Source: the human T2T-CHM13v2.0 reference genome, Homo sapiens
Strand: one strand, 5' to 3'
DNA: 64,000 nt
NCBI RefSeq assembly: GCF_009914755.1
Contig: NC_060926.1
Both the position numbers and the translations under genes were made by a program. Below are positions 62,488-64,000 of this stretch, in pieces. The stretch's first letter is position 1; each line of letters begins with the position of its first letter. The notes under the pieces are model-generated. The model saw only the letters and a program-made list of their open reading frames with translations, was not told where the DNA came from and did no database searches.

Positions 62488-62969
62488 CCAAAAGAGGGCA
62501 GCTGTGTATCCTGGGTTGTTCCTTGCTTCTTGTATGTGTGTTTCTGCAGTCCGGTTGAGCAGCTATGCCTCAACCCTCGGGTCTATCCTGGTCTTGAATG
62601 TTCCTGACTGTTGTCTTCAGTCTTGGAACCACACAGCACCGCAGCACAGCCTGCAAGCCTTCCTGGGAAGATTTACACCTCTAGGCTGAGTCTCTGCTAC
62701 TGCACTTTCTCCTCCCTCTCAAATGAAACCGCAGTGCCTCTCTGTGTGACCTTCTCAGTCATGCAATGACTTCTCTTTCATTTCCTATAAGCCTCTGAGC
62801 TCTGCCTTCTCCTTGCCAATTCCCCTTAGCTCCATCTTCCTTTGGCCGTCCGCCGTTGTGTAAATCTGTAGGGAAATGTCATTCAAAGACAAAACCCACT
62901 GCTTATTCTTCTTTCTTAATTGCTCCTTGGGAAATGTTTGCTTCTGTGTTCTTGGTGAAGGAAAGCTTA

Positions 62970-63550
62970 ATTTTGTCTGCTTTTATATCACTAGTCTTTT
63001 CAGATTACACATTCCCAATCAATCACCTCTTGAATCAAGTAATTAGTTTTATTGTATCAGTCTATCCTTCAGAATTTCATTATGCAAATATAAACATGCA
63101 TAAATACATTCATGTTTCCCCGCCTTTTACACAAAAGGAGGCACACTGTTTTGTGCCTTGCTTTCGTTTCACTTACTATGTCTGAGAACTTTTCACATCA
63201 TTATATGGAGAGCTTCCCCTTTCTTTATCAGCTGTGTGAGAGTCCAGTGTCAAGATGGACTGTGTTTGGTTTCATCAGTCTCTGTGGAAGGATCCTGGCT
63301 GACCTGTGTCTTTTGCTTTTACAAACCTTGCTGGATGATCTCACAATCACCTTGTTGCATGCACACGTAGGCAGAGCTGTAGAATAGACTCCCAGTGGGG
63401 CAGTTGCTGGGCAAAGGGTAAATCTCTTTATAATTTTGGCACATATTGCCAGAGTGCCTTCTACAGGGTTCTATCAACTGCTGGGCACTCCTGTCAGCAG
63501 TAAGAGTGGCTGCTTCTCCCAGCCTTTCCAGTAAAATATGTTACCAACAT
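62970..63550 (-). mobile_element. Old L1ME-type fragments
   Basis: Antisense motifs (ctgtagaatagactcccagtgg..gttgctggg..aaagggta; atattgccag). Confidence 0.55.
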
Positions 63551-63554
63551 TTGA

Positions 63555-63596
63555 AGCCAGATGCAGTTGCTCATGCCTGTAATCCCAGCAACTTTG
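63555..63596 (+). mobile_element. Alu/FLAM 5' fragment (first ~42 nt), no tail
   Basis: agccagatgcagttgctcatgcctgtaatcccagcaactttg, flanked by tgttac(c/t)aacatttg. Confidence 0.75.
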
Positions 63597-63618
63597 TTAC
63601 TAACATTTGGGATTTCCG

Positions 63619-64000
63619 CAATGGTGTGTGCTAATAAATGTTTAACAACCACTTCTCCAAACAAAACGAAACAAAACAAAACCCAAAACCAAAAAAACAA
63701 GAAGCCCTAATTGTAGTATCTGCTGATTTCCATAGCATAAATACTTCTACCCAGGCCAATTGCAAGCTATCAACATGATGTCCCTGAACACGGAGTTGGG
63801 AAGAGATGGGCCGTAGCACCCACTGTATAGTATTTCTACCACACAGATGCAAGAGATGCAAGTAGCATGGATAATTGTGAAATGTGGTAAAATAATAAGG
63901 AATTTAAGAGTTTTTATTTCCTTTGTATTTGTATGATTTATTTAGTTATAAATTTATATAATTAAATCTTAGCAACAATCTGCATTTAACAACCTACTCA
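63619..64000. mobile_element. MER63-type hAT-Blackjack element (runs to the window edge)
   Basis: caatggtgtgtgctaataaatgtttaacaacc...caagctatcaacatgatgtccctgaacacggagttgggaagagatg. Confidence 0.7.

Overview
This is primate genomic DNA (human or a close ape, judged from AluY/AluS and L1PA elements), not microbial. I find no recognisable host protein-coding gene, RNA gene or CRISPR array. Almost all ORFs in the track are repeat-derived or random. The only real protein homologies are fossil transposon genes: L1 ORF2p and ORF1p, Tigger1 (pogo) transposase and Hsmar2 (mariner) transposase. The window is rich in transposable elements: about 16 Alus plus a FAM monomer, many solo LTRs (ERV1 MER4 group, MaLR, MLT2), L1/L2/MIR pieces and DNA transposons. 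These include an essentially full-length HSMAR2 and a full-length Tigger1 split by a 5'-inverted (twin-primed) L1PA and an Alu. I found no new multi-gene biological system. The most unusual signals are: (1) an old ~125-bp fold-back duplication anchored at a MER91A end and later split by an Alu (50.1-50.75 kb); (2) a ~145-bp palindrome-rich element present twice, 3340 bp apart; (3) a 42-bp tailless Alu 5' fragment inside a 15-bp direct repeat; (4) a strong CTCF motif with its upstream module; (5) a CpG-rich unique patch with splice signals near 27.2-27.6 kb. Repeat subfamily names come from recalled consensus sequences and need RepeatMasker/Dfam confirmation. Boundaries of old elements are approximate.
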